From Octopus sinensis (Eukaryota), in the NCBI RefSeq assembly GCF_006345805.1, contig NC_043016.1, positions 16,430,001 through 16,494,000 on the forward strand: a stretch of DNA of 64,000 nucleotides, written 5' to 3'. The notes beneath the pieces were generated by a model. That model saw only the letters and a list, made by a program, of their open reading frames with translations. It was not told where the DNA came from and did not search any database. Below are positions 26,765 to 40,648 of the stretch, one piece after another (the first letter of the stretch is position 1; the number at the start of each line of letters is the position of its first letter). The translations under genes were made by a program, and so were the position numbers.

Positions 26765-27690
26765 GCAGCAGAAGAACTCCTTGCTACCGAGGAAGGGTTT
26801 TCTCTTGAATAGCCGTGTTGAGTCGTTTCATCTGTTGAACATAGAGTTCCTCATTGACCGTTTGGTTCCGCTCAAGCAATTCGTAATGGATAATCCCTTC
26901 CCAGTCCCCCACCATACGCACAACATTGTTTTACGCGGATTTAGATCTTGTTTCACGCGCGGTGTCGCTTATTTACCGGGGCAAAGCCATTCCTTTCGCT
27001 GCTTCATATTGACGTACAGGCACCATTTTTCGTCGCCAGTAATGATTCGGTAAAGAAATTGTTGCTTCGGTTGCGGTGATGAGCCAGCAAACCAGCGGAG
27101 ATTGTGGCTCGTTGATTTTTGTTGTTGTCACTTAAAGCATGCGGAATCCATGCTCCATACTTCTGAACCTTTCCCATCGAATGAAGATGCTTTTCTTTAG
27201 CAGTGCTGGAACATTCCATTTTATCTGCCAGTTCCCTTGTCATTTGACAAGAATTTTCGTGCAAAAATTGGTTTAATCGCTCTTCATCAAGCTCAACTGG
27301 ACGGCCAGAATAAGGTGCATCTTTGAAGTCAAAATTTCCATATTTGAACTTGGCATACCAATCACAAGTGGTTCTTTCAACTATGGCACCCTCTCTATAC
27401 ACAGCACAAATGTCACGAGCAGCTTTTGCAGCCTTAGATCCTTGATTAAAAGCAAAAAGAAGGTGTCGAAAATGCTCGTTTTTCTTAACTTGACATTCCA
27501 TTTTAATGATATGAAAATAAACAAAAATTAACTAAAATTAACTAAAATTAACTAAAATTAACTAAAATTAACTAAAATTAACTAGGAAAAAGCAAAATAG
27601 ATTCCAAAATGATTCAAAAATAGAATTCTCAAAAAAAAAATAGATTCCAAAATTAAAAAAAGCGGCGGGAACTTAGTCGCCATCCCAAAT
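26765..27690 (-). mobile_element. Mariner transposon, 3'-truncated
   Basis: ORF 27004-27501 (HFRHLLFAFNQG...SGRP...KYGAWIPHALS) followed by ITGDEKW and KTMLCVWW in a shifted frame. TIR-like ttgggatggcgactaagttcc at about 27690; 10-bp AAAATTAACT tandem in the leader. Confidence 0.9.
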
Positions 27691-27938
27691 ATATATATAT
27701 TTTCAACATGGATCTCTTTCAACATGTGATCTCTTGAGCACCACCAGCTCAAATATTTTTTCCTCTGTCTTCCCTTCTTGGGATCTTTCCTTCTCCTTGT
27801 TTCGACGAAGAGCTAGCTCCGCTCGAAACGTTAAACCCTCCTTCCTTCTTTCCTGAGCGTCAATAATACTTAATTGTTCCACGTTCCTGCTTGCTGTGTT
27901 TCTTTTTTTCTTTTTTTCTGTGTTTTTCTTGTTTGGAT

Positions 27939-28012
<74 letters not shown>

Positions 28013-28021
28013 TATATATAT

Positions 28022-28233
28022 ATATACTCTTTTACTTGTTTCAGTCATGTGACTGTGGCCATGCTGGAGCATCGCCTTTAGTCGAGCAAATCTACTCCCG
28101 ACGTAAACACACACCAGCAGCGGTTGTCAAACAATTTGGGTGGGGGGACAAACAAAGACACACAAACACATGCACACACATACACACATCCATATATATA
28201 TATATATATACACATACATACATACATACATAT

Positions 28234-28272
<39 letters not shown>

Positions 28273-28790
28273 ACATATATATATATATATACGACGAGCT
28301 TCTTTCAGTTTCCGTCTACCAAATCCACTCACAAGGCTCTGGTCGGCCCGAGGCTATAATAGAAGACACTTGCCCAAGGTGCCACGCAGTGGGACTGAAC
28401 CCGGAACTATGTGGTTGGTGAGCAATCTACTTACCACACATCCACTCCTACTATATATATATATATATATATATATCGGGCTTCATTCAGTTTCCGTCTA
28501 CCAAATCCACTCACAAGGCTTTGGTCCGCTCTAGGCTATAGTAGAAGACACTTGCCCAAGGTGCCACGCAGTGGGACTGAACCCAGAACCATGTGGTTCG
28601 TAAGCAAGCTACTTTATTTCATCACACACCCACTCCTACTACAGATATATATATATATATTGTCAATCTTTCAAATGTGGGAGGTATTTCTGCCGCGCTT
28701 GTATATACACGACGGCTTCTTTCAGTTTCCATCTAGCTAATCCACTCGCTTGGCTTTGGTCGGCTCGCAGTGGGATTGAACCGTGAAACC
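28022..28790 (-). mobile_element. Cluster of family A SINE copies (one full, two partial)
   Basis: Repeated gggcttctttcagtttccgtctaccaaatccactcacaagg...ccacgcagtgggactgaacc blocks. Confidence 0.8.
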
Positions 28791-29346
28791 ACGTCCTCGT
28801 GCAACAAACATCTCTATCACACAACGATGTAGCAAGCTTCTCCCTTGGTTTTTACTGATTGCAGTCACACAATTTCTTTTCGTTGCTGACATCCGCAAAA
28901 GAAAGGAAAAAAAAGCTATGGAGAAACCGATACTGCTTACAGGGCGACCTTGTTTCAAGAAACTAATTCATGTATAAGTATTTCTAGGTCAGCCCAGAAG
29001 CTTCAGCGGAGTCAGCAACGGCAGACGAGGCGTCTATCATAGACACAAACGGAAAAAGCAGGTTGTTATTGTATATCCTGACTAAATAGGAAATAGTCGA
29101 CATGTTTTTGATAAGAGAGTGACTACAAAAAATTTCTTAGGAATGTATGTTTGTAGAACAAGTTTTTAATTCGACGGACACCATGCGTGTATATATATAT
29201 AATATATATATATATATATACAAAAACCTACATACGTGTGTATGTATGGATATAAATATTTGTATACACACACACACGCACACACACACACCACACACAC
29301 ATATATATCTATACCAGTCTGTCTGTCTATCTATCTATCTGTCTGT

Positions 29347-29405
<59 letters not shown>

Positions 29406-29434
29406 CCTACCTACCTACCTACCTACCTACCTAC

Positions 29435-29498
<64 letters not shown>

Positions 29499-29513
29499 TC
29501 TATCTGTCTATCT

Positions 29514-31590
29514 GTAGAGGGTGAGCTCGTTAAGAAGCTAGAAGAGGCAATTAGAAGCGGCATTGCATCCGACGTTTTGGCGGCAAAGTTGGCCTTCGAC
29601 CAACACTTCAACGCCAAACACGAAGGGTGTGTTGTCAGAGTTAGGATGCGTGCTCTAAGGAGCGAAGGTGTTGAAGCCGCGCGAGAGGCCCGGGTGGCAG
29701 AGGCGCAATAGGGCAACAAAGCCACCATTCGGTCTCTGGTAGATGAACAGGGGCGCGAATTACTCGAGCCAAGTAAAATGAGTGAGACCTTTCAACAGCA
29801 TTTTGCCCGACTGTTCTGGACGAGCGGCGGGCAAGAACGTAGGGTGAACTTCAGTACCGGAGCATCCATGACAACCTCCATGTGATGCGCTACATCATAG
29901 ACAGGGTAGTTAAGGGACCTGGCTTGGGTGGGATCCTGATCAATTTGGATCAATCGAAAGCTTTCGATAGGGTAGACCTTAGATACTTGGAGGCTGTCCT
30001 CAAAGCGGCTGGTTTCGGTCCCGTCTTCCACGGTAGGATAGCTGCTTTGTACAGAGGTATCCGTTCGGTAATTCGCGTAAACGGACATCTATCGAGACCT
30101 TTCGACATTGCACGTTCGGTCCGTCAGGGATGCCCCCTATCGTCGCTTCTCTACGTATTGACTCTCGAGCCACTACTGCGGAAGCTGGCGACTCTGAGGG
30201 GCATCCTGCGAGTATTGGAATGCGGGAGGAGCGTGTCTGCATACGCAGATGACGTCACCGTCTCAGTGTCTAGCTACTAGCACATCGAGCTGGTCGGCGA
30301 GACACTGAAAGACTACGAAGCGGTGACAGGTGGAGAAGCAAGCCCATGCCGTCCACCAGCGACTCAGTAGTGGGACGCTGGACGGACGGGCCGGTCAATT
30401 TGCTCGGAGTCTGGTTCGGTCCAGACCTGCAAACGGAGAAGAACTGGGACGAGATAACGCGTAGGGTGGCCACTCTCATCCGGCAATGTGCCGAGAGGAA
30501 GCTGTCCCTAAAAGGTCGGGCGGAGGTGGCGAACACGTACATCGCATCCGTCATCAACTACCGCCGACCGTCGTGCCTTGTTCCGACTTTACCATCACCA
30601 AACTAGAACGCATTCTCTTTCGCTTCTTGTGGAAAGGATGCGTCCCGATGGTCAGGCAATCCATTTGCTGTCAACACCCGTTAAAAGGAGGACTGGGCAT
30701 GCCGTGGTTGATGATGCGCAGACACGCGCTGTGACTGCAACATCTCCAGCTCTACGTAAACGATGGTGAACAGGTGTGGTCGCCGTTTGCGAGGCACGCT
30801 TTCCCGCAGCTCGTGTCCATGACCGAACTGCAGTCGTAGATCACAAAGAGGCCGAGGAAGGGCGAATGGCACCGCGAGTGTCGCGTTGCTCTCAAACAAC
30901 TATACTGTCCCGGGTCGACCTTGAGCGACTTCAACATAATCAAAGCACTCTATAGGGGATTAGGGGAGGGGAGGTATGACGACGATCTTGGGGCGAACCT
31001 GGGCGTCGACGAGGAATACCTGACCCGCTTGTTCAGGACGACTTTCGGGCCGGGGCATGTGGACAACTTCCGGAGATCCCTGGCCTGGCAGTGCTATCGA
31101 GAAGCGCTACCCGTTCGAGATAAGCTCTATAGACACGGCCTGTGAAACACGGGGCCGACCTGCTCGAGATGCGGTCAGTGACGAAACCGTTCTGCACGCA
31201 TCTCGTGCATTGTCCAACCATTTCCGACTTGTGCGCTTATGTCGAACGACTGCTGTCGCGTGTGGGACGAGTCGGTTTATCAGCCGAGTCTATCGTCAAT
31301 ATCGTCACACTTCCTTCCTTCCTTCAAACGGGAAGGAAGAGCTATTTTCATAATACTTGTGGCTATGGTGAAAGAATGTATCTGGTGGACGCGCCTGAAA
31401 GGATTAGAGACAAACACTTTCCTCTCTGGTCAATCTCTCATCAACTTTTTCAAGTATCACTTGAAGAGGAAAGTGAGAGTAGAGAGGCAAGTTTTGTCTA
31501 GCGACTGTTTAAAAAAAAGATGGGTAAATGTAGCAAGGATGGCACGTATGAATGACGAAGCCACCTTGAGCATGATCCTATGAATCGAAA
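29514..31590 (+). mobile_element. 5'-truncated Tx1-like LINE ORF2
   Basis: LDQSKAFDRV, RQGCPLS, AYADDVT and the C-terminal region; begins immediately after (TCTA)n. Confidence 0.9.
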
Positions 31591-32018
31591 AAATTATACA
31601 TATACATATATGTATATATATATGTATATGTATATATATGTATATATAACATTTTCTAAGTATATGCGCGTCTGTGTGCGTAAGTTCAGCATGTGTTAAT
31701 GTGTATATATGTACATTTGTAAGGTTTGCGGTAGGATAGCGTTACAAAGACCAGTACAACATACCTGTTGCGCGTCTTGTTGATCTCGTCGGTGGGTCCG
31801 TGGCTGAAAAGAAACGATAGGAATTATAAGCGATGCAACTGAAGGAACACGGAAAAAATATTTACATATTCATATTTTATCATACAGTATAATATTTTCT
31901 CTCATTTCTGTCTGCTGAATAGTGTAGGGTGGAAACGTAGAAGACTTTTTCATTTCTCCTGATCTTGCTTGTTGTTCATGCACCTGTCTTCGCCTTTTGT
32001 TTTCCTATAAATTTCAAC

Positions 32019-32089
<71 letters not shown>

Positions 32090-32095
32090 TATATG

Positions 32096-32133
<38 letters not shown>

Positions 32134-32234
32134 TATTATGTGTATGTATGTATGTATGTATGTATGTGTTATGTGTATGTATGTATATATGTATATATAC
32201 CTTATATATATACATATATATATATATATAATAT

Positions 32235-32266
<32 letters not shown>

Positions 32267-32304
32267 TATTATATAATATATATTATATATATATATATAT
32301 ATTA

Positions 32305-32756
32305 CCGTAAGTCCTCGAGTGTAGTCCGCCCTGAATATAATACACACTCCTTCTCTAACTTGAGTCAAGGAGGTCTATGTAATGTCCTTGGTTTGTAAAA
32401 ATGTATACCGTAACGTGCTTTATTATTCTGGTATATATAACATAAATGCAAACGTGTAGCTTTTTTGTACATTTTGTTTGCAGAAAATAAAGAAATAACA
32501 GTAATAACGTTTAATAAATGTTGCTTACTGCAAGTTATGGATGATTCTTTTATGACTTCATTGCTTTCAGGCTTAGCTTAAGGTATTTTCGCGCCCGACA
32601 TCACAAAATGTGTCTGAATAAACATTGCCGGACAGCAAATAGGGACTAGAACATTGTCTAGAAAATATTTTTCATTTTTAACCTCTATATAGTACGCACT
32701 AGGGATTTTGACCTTAAATTTGGGGGAAAATGCGGATTATACTCGAGGATTTACGG
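32305..32756. mobile_element. MITE, same family
   Basis: CCGTAAGTCCTCGAGT...ACTCGAGGATTTACGG termini with TA flanks. Confidence 0.85.
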
Positions 32757-33083
32757 TACATACATATATATATATATATATTATAATATATATATATATA
32801 TAATTTTATGTTGATAAGGAAATGAACTTTCGATTCTAATCCAGAAACGAATTCGTCCATAATTATCCAAGTAGGCTGTGATTTCGTTATCTTCTTTCTC
32901 TTTACCATATACGGGTTACAAATTCTGTTGTTTTGTGGAGACTTATTTTTCTAGTAGTAGTATGGTGACCTATTGGCTGCTATTTCTAATATTTTCGTAG
33001 GGGTTTTGAGCAATTACCCTTTATTATAATTATATATATATGTATATATATATATATATATAATATATCTAATATATATATAT

Positions 33084-33115
<32 letters not shown>

Positions 33116-33350
33116 TCCTTTTACTCTTTTACTTGTTTCAGTCATTTGACTGGGCCATGCTGGAGCACCGCCTTTAGTCAAGCAAATCGACCCCATGATT
33201 TATTCCGTCTACCAAATCTACTCACAAGGCTTTGCTCGGCCCGAGGTTATGGCAGAAGACACTTACCCAAGGTGCCACGCAGTGGGTCTAAACCCGGAAC
33301 CATGTGGTTCGTAAGCAAGTTACTACCACACAGCCACTCTACGCTAATAT

Positions 33351-33392
<42 letters not shown>

Positions 33393-33784
33393 ATATATAT
33401 ATATATATAATATATATATATATTATATATAGTGTAGGTATCAGTTAGAGGAGTTTAAAACCTCTAAGGTATAATTAAACAAAGGCGCTCCTATTGTCTA
33501 CCTGAATAGGTACCTTCCTTTGTAAAGTTGTACGGAAGCAGGTAGCTCGGTGGGTAAACGGTAGTTTAATATCCAGAAACGAGTTACTCCCTTGTTATTT
33601 ACATCCATTTTCTTCTCGTATACAGATATATATATATATATATCGGTTATGAGAGGTAATGGTGTCATGTAATGCTGAGTAGTGCTACTGAGAGACCATA
33701 GTTTAGCCCAAGGTTCGGTGATTACGCGAATAAAGAGTCCAACGTAGGTCATATATCAGCGTATATCTAATATATATATAATAT

Positions 33785-33850
<66 letters not shown>

Positions 33851-34079
33851 TATATATATATATATATACAAAAAGAAATGGAGAAATACACCTTTATCAA
33901 TAATCACTACCAGATAATACCCACTCACATACTTAATATAATGAACTCTTGACTTTGTATATGTGCATTTTGAATATAGATATGTGTATGTTTGAATAAT
34001 TTGTAATATTCTAATATATTGTTTTGACCAACTGTAACCTTGAATATAGAACTATGTATGTATATTGTTGTATATTCTA

Positions 34080-34209
<130 letters not shown>

Positions 34210-34270
34210 CGAGCTGGGCATAAACGTTAGCACCCGGGTGAAGTGCACAGTATTATTTTCGTCTGTCACG

Positions 34271-34306
<36 letters not shown>

Positions 34307-34961
34307 ATATATAAATATTATTATATATATATATATATAGGAGTAGGGGTATATGCACTCATATGTATGTTATATTATATATTATGGGTATGTACCCATC
34401 CTTGCATGGGTGTACCTCCTCTGATATTCATATTTAGTTTAGTTTGTACTTTATAATCTCTGAAGAGGCCTTGGGATATTTTTGTAAGTGTCTCATTTAT
34501 AACCACATATTAACTTATCACACCTGGCTAATATGAGCATAATGAGATACCCATATCTGCATGGCTGAAAATGCTGTAAGATGTAGTTTATATTTATATT
34601 TATATTTATTTATATTCACTTATACTGTACTTATTGTATCATATTACTCATTGATGTGCATTGTTTTGTTCTATACTATTATGTTTGACCTTGATGTTCA
34701 TATGTAGTGGTTTAATCAATTATGTGATTAGGTATTATCTGGTAGTTGATTATTGATAAAGGTGTATTTCTCCATTTTCTTATTTTGTATTATGAATTTG
34801 TGGTAAAACATTTTACCTTTGCCCATATAATACAATAAATGAATTAAATGCATCGCAATTCTTAACATTTATGTATTAACTTTGTTGGGTGCTTTACTGG
34901 CAGTAGATTGGATATATGTTATCCCATGGTGGGTTGCACTCACAACTCCTATCTCAATTTG

Positions 34962-34992
<31 letters not shown>

Positions 34993-35105
34993 CCTTTTAC
35001 GTTTCGAACCTACGCTCTTCCACAGAAAGGGAAACTGATATAAACAAGAAGAGAAACAAGGAAAGAAAATGTGTGTAGTGGCTACCAATATATAATATAT
35101 ATATA

Positions 35106-35189
<84 letters not shown>

Positions 35190-35202
35190 CATACATATAT
35201 AT

Positions 35203-35776
35203 AAACTTTTTTCAGATGAGATAAAAATCCAAGGCTGTGAAGATTTTAGAACATGTATAAATAGAAGGCCTTACAGCTATTTCCGGGATATTTTTTATAT
35301 CCCTTCATCGGAGACTGTGTGAGAAAAATGGTTAAGCAATAGTTAATTTAGATAAGATACGAAATATAGAGTGAAGAGGAGGAATGAAAATAAATGTGAG
35401 ATATGCAAGGATATTGCATTTGTAGATTCATTATTTAGGCAGAATGGTATACATATAAGATTCTAGTACCTTGTAACTTCCAATAGTATTTAATAGATTT
35501 TACTCACAAGGTATTGGAATCTTATATTATACCATTTTGCCTAAATAATGGATCTACAAATGCAATATCCCTGCATATCTCACGTCTATTTTCATCACTC
35601 CACTCCACTCTCTATTTCATATCTTCTCTAGAATAACTATTGCTTAATCATTTTCTCACACCGTCCCCGATGAAGGGATATATAAAATATCCCAGAAAAA
35701 GCTGTAAGACCTTCTATTTATAAATGTTCTGAAATCTTCATAGCCTTAGTTTGTTTTTATCTCATCTTAAAAAATT
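35203..35776. repeat. Long palindrome/foldback with hammerhead remnants in both arms
   Basis: Arms of about 270 bp that are approximately reverse-complementary around about 35490. Confidence 0.85.
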
Positions 35777-35809
<33 letters not shown>

Positions 35810-35810
35810 C

Positions 35811-35843
<33 letters not shown>

Positions 35844-36469
35844 GATCTGTGTATTTTTCCCTTGTTAACAATTAACAGGGGAAAAAGATAAATAGTTTCC
35901 AGGGTAGCATAAATCACACAAGTAAAGAGGTTGTAACTCTTTGTTTTAAAGGTAGAAACTTCGGGTTTACGTGAAATTTTTTATATAATATATAAATAAA
36001 TACATGGAGTTTAACACAGGTGTAATTCAAATACTTTTACTTCTGACACATGTTTCGAATATATCACTGATATTATTCCAAAGGAATAAAATGGTGTAAA
36101 ACAATGTAATCTTCTCTTCAAGGAAGTGATGAAATGAAATTCGTCAATAATACATTTTAACAGAAAATGGTGGATATGTATGTATAGTGATTAACTGAAC
36201 GCTATTAATATTGTTTGAAAAACGTTATATGATAAAATGTCAGAAGTAACATATAGAAAGAGGAGGGATAAATTAAAGGAAAAGTCAAATAAATGAGAAA
36301 TATATAACTATATGTATATGAAATAAAACTTTATAAACTAGGAAAATATATATTTTTTTTTAGTGAATGTTAAATATAAAAGGAAAATTAATGTTTAATT
36401 ATATATAATGATATATATATATATAAATATAATGATATATATATATATATAAATATTATATATATATAT

Positions 36470-36639
<170 letters not shown>

Positions 36640-36796
36640 AGAAAATAGTAAAAAGTGAAAAAACTACAGAAGGCTTGTTTTAAAAGGTTTAAAAATATAT
36701 ATTTGAGTCATTATGTCAGAAGAATGTTAGAAATTTTTTTCATACAATGACATAGTTTTTTGAAGAAATGACCGGTTTCGCGTTCAGCTTTTCAAA

Positions 36797-36834
<38 letters not shown>

Positions 36835-37143
36835 GCATTTGCACAGCGTCTAACGCGAGAAATATAATTTGAACATTGATTTTCTTCTTACATTTCACTT
36901 CCATTACACAGATCTATTTCCAAGCCTTAAGGCTTTTGTTTAATTCACATATCGTTCTATATTTCTCATTTATTTCGGTTCTGCTTTTCTTCTTTCCTTT
37001 ACTCTTCCTCTTTCAATAGGCTACCTTTGATATTATATCCTCTTACGGTTTTTAATAAAATTTAATAGCGTTACGTTGATCATTATACACATCCATCATA
37101 TTCTGTTAAAATGTCTTATGGACGAGTTTGTTTTATTTCTTTA

Positions 37144-37231
37144 TTTCCCTGAAGAGAAGATTATATTGTTTTACACCATTTTATTCATTTTGGAGTAATA
37201 CCAATGTTGTCTTCGAAACATGTGTCGGAAG
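37144..37231 (+). ncRNA. Type I hammerhead-ribozyme-like motif (canonical core)
   Basis: tttcc-CTGAAGA-gaaga...tcttc-GAAA-catgt-GTC-ggaag: stems I, II and III can pair; GUC site. Confidence 0.7.
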
Positions 37232-37486
37232 TAAAAGAATTTGAATAACACCTGCATTTAACTCCATTTATATATACATATACGACGGGCTTCTTTCAGT
37301 TTCTGTCTACCAAATCCACTCACAAGGCTTTGGTCGGCCCGAGGCTATAGTAAAAGACACTTGCCTAAAGTGTCACGCAGTGGGACTGAACCTGGAACCA
37401 TGTGGTTGGGAAGCAAAACTTCTTACAAGGCTCCGTAGTCATGAAAATCGAACGAATACCAAACCAAATCAGAAATTGATTCTTAC

Positions 37487-38059
37487 CTCTACATGTTTCA
37501 ATTGCAAGGATCTCTCGGATCGAACCCAGCGCGGCGTAATTGTCGACCGTAAAAGCATGGTGTCTATTGCCTGCGATTCCTTGTAACTCTCGTTTGTGAA
37601 TCCCATCACCGATTCCTATCGAAAATATATTAATATGAGCCGAACGCCGCGCCCTGCTGGCCTGCCACAATGTTAACAAAATATTACTTGACTTGCCATC
37701 TGTCATAACAATGGCGACCCGAACAACATTTTCGCGAGCTCCTTGTTTCTTTGTAAACATGTTGTTCCGCATGTATTTAATGCCAAGAGCTGTGTTCGTA
37801 GCGAAACCAGGCCTGTGTGGAATTCGCTGTATCGCTCGCACTAAACCCTGTTTCGTTTTGTGTCTATTCAGCGGAAATTCTAGATTAACGTCGTGCGAAT
37901 AAGTCAGAACGCCGACTTGCGTCATGTCAGGACTTATCTGGAACATCGAGACGACATCTTCGACAAATTTTGTTTGTTTCTTGAAATCAGGGCCCCAGAT
38001 ACTTGCCGAAGCATCCAACAAGAAAACGATGTCCGCAGGCTTCCCACCACAATAATAAT
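37487..38059 (-). CDS. Exon encoding vWA domain 1 of a multi-vWA ECM-like protein (collagen VI/XII- or matrilin-like)
   Basis: Translates to (D)YYCGGKPADIVFLLDASASIWG...VMTDGKS...AIETCR with an intact MIDAS (DxSxS, T, TDG). Acceptor tttatctttacag at 38060, donor G|GTAAGA at 37486; 573 nt, phase 1-1. Confidence 0.92.
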
Positions 38060-38275
38060 CTGTAAAGATAAAGTGCAAATATTAAAGCATACGTATACAT
38101 ATTAGATATTTGACACCTAATTCTAGCGTTGGCGCTGGCATTCCAGAGCCCCTAAATATAGTTATATTATATATATAGTTAAATGTGTGTGTTTCTATGT
38201 ATGCATGTATGTATGTACATGTATATATATAAATAATATAGGCATATATACATACAATGCACCACTGACATACAT

Positions 38276-38328
<53 letters not shown>

Positions 38329-38745
38329 TACTTATTCTATATTTTTATTTACACAAGAATATATTTGTTAAGATATTTCGTATTTTACAAGATTATATAC
38401 CATTCTTCGTATTTTACAAGATTATATACCATTCTTTGACGGGAAAAAAGATGGGAGAGGAGGCAGACAAGAATACGTCTGGTCTGTGCAACAGACCAGA
38501 AGAAAAGAAACATGGACAATGGTCACATGTGAGCAACGAGAGAGTAAAGGAGGAAGAGAGAGAGAGAGAAGGACAGATAGAAAACGCGAAGGGGATTAGA
38601 GAAAGGAAGAGAAAACGAAAGGGGAGAAAGAGAGAGAGAAAGCAGTACATAAAATTACTTGGAAATGGATGCGTGGCGTTCAGTCATATGATAATACAAA
38701 TGTATGCATATATACATACATTATGTACATACGAACATATATATG

Positions 38746-38788
<43 letters not shown>

Positions 38789-38794
38789 TTATAT

Positions 38795-39205
38795 ATATTA
38801 CTCTTTTACTCTTTTGCTTGTTTCAGTCATTTTTACTGCGGCCATGCTGGAACACCGCTTTTCGTCGAGCAAATCGACCCCAGGATTTGTTCTTTGAAAG
38901 CCTAGCTCTTATTCTATCGGTCTCTTTTGCCAAATCGCTATGTTACGGGGACGTAAACACACCAGCATCGCTTGTCAAGCGATTGGGGGGGACACAAACA
39001 CAGACACACAAACATATACACACACACACACATACATATACATGACGGGCTTCTTTCAGTTTCCGTCTACCAAATCCACTCACAAGGCTTTGGTCGGCCG
39101 GAGGCTTTAGTAGAAGAAACTTGCCCAAGGTGCCACGCAGTGTGACTGAACCCAGAACCATGTGGTTGGTAAGCAAGCTACTTACCACACAGCTACTCCT
39201 ACGCC
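38795..39205 (-). mobile_element. Family A SINE
   Basis: Head, tail and internal (CA)n as in other copies. Confidence 0.85.
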
Positions 39206-39206
39206 T

Positions 39207-39237
<31 letters not shown>

Positions 39238-39292
39238 AGAAATATTGAATTTCTAAATCTCTCGTAAAGACATGTACGGTGGTGGGGCGATA

Positions 39293-39598
39293 GAATGGTT
39301 GTATACTGTCAATCTAACAAGAACGTGACAGTAGGGGGTACACCACCGCTGTATAGCCCTAGGAAGCATCGAACGCCTCCTGATAGCTTTGACACATTTT
39401 TCCCTGTATCCTTATATACATATATGCAGTTCCGGCAGCCGGGGGTGTTTGTTCTCCCTTTCGTATATGTATATAAGGACACAGGGAAAAAATGTGTCAA
39501 AGCTATCAGGAGGCGTTCGATGCTTCCTAGGGCTATACAGCGGTGGTGTACCCCCCCCCCTGTCACGTTCTTGTTAGATTGACAGTATACAACCATTC
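39293..39598. mobile_element. Foldback MITE with long TIRs
   Basis: TA|GAATGGTTGTATACTGTCAATC...GATTGACAGTATACAACCATTC|TA; near-identical arms of about 135 bp. Confidence 0.85.
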
Positions 39599-40040
39599 TA
39601 TATATACATACATACACATACATACATACATACCTACATACATACATAATACATACATACATACTACATACTACATACATACATACATACATCTGCATAT
39701 ATAGGTACAGGACGTCAGAAAACGTAAACAACATAAAATACGAAAAACAACACGAAATACGAATCTTAGCAGCCCACACTATTTGTTTCACTGTCCTGTT
39801 TTTATTACTAAATTTGGCCCACCGCAAAATCCCAACTGTTTTCTCGAAATGTGGAGTAGATAAACAGCCGACAACTGAGGAAGGGTCGTTCTTTATGTTA
39901 CTTGTTTTGTCTTCTATTTGTTTCGCTTGTGCTTCGCAAATAAAGTTTGTCTTCGTATTTCATGTTGTGTTTCGTATTTCGTATTTCATGTTTTCTTCAT
40001 GTTTACGTTTTGTGATGTCCTGTACCATTATATATATATA

Positions 40041-40429
40041 TCGTGACGTATATTTACCATTTGAATATGGCTAACCCCTAAGGGTGGATGCTACTGTAGT
40101 TTGTAGCCCCAGGAGGACACCTCCTCCAGCTGGCTATAGACACACTTTCGGTGCCCTATCAACATGCAAGTATATGTATTTGTGAAGGGAACCTACTTCT
40201 CATTGACAACTGTGATTGTCACACGCTGATGACGGGTCAATACCCTGAAACTCGAGTCCGTGTGTATCATAAGTTGAAGACGGGAAGGATGGCTTCCCTT
40301 TGCAAATACTGATAGGGCACAGAAAGTGTGTCTATAGACAGCTGGAAGAGGTGTCCTCCTGGGGCTACAACTACAGTAGCATCTACCCTTAGGGGTTAGC
40401 CATATTCAAATGGCAAATATACGTCACGA
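40041..40429. mobile_element. Foldback element with TIRs of about 130 bp enclosing a hammerhead motif
   Basis: tcgtgacgtatattt...aaatatacgtcacga. Confidence 0.85.
40220..40264 (+). ncRNA. Minimal type I hammerhead-like motif
   Basis: cacacg-CTGATGA-cgggtcaataccct-GAAA-ctcga-GTC-cgtgtg; 6-bp stem I and palindromic stem III ACTCGAGT. Confidence 0.72.
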
Positions 40430-40475
40430 TGTATTGCTGCTACTGTTTATAACTCGCTCTGAGATTTATCATTGT

Positions 40476-40508
<33 letters not shown>

Positions 40509-40528
40509 ATATATATATATATATATAT

Positions 40529-40568
<40 letters not shown>

Positions 40569-40599
40569 TATTTTATTATTATTATATATCTATATTTAT

Positions 40600-40648
<49 letters not shown>

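Noticed and set aside
28737-28958. Possible extra exon after a pyrimidine tract on the minus strand
   Set aside because: No convincing donor and no recognisable protein motif.
39855-39900. CTGAGGAAGGG hammerhead-like half in the foldback 39704-40026
   Set aside because: No matching stem II 3' strand or GAAA downstream.
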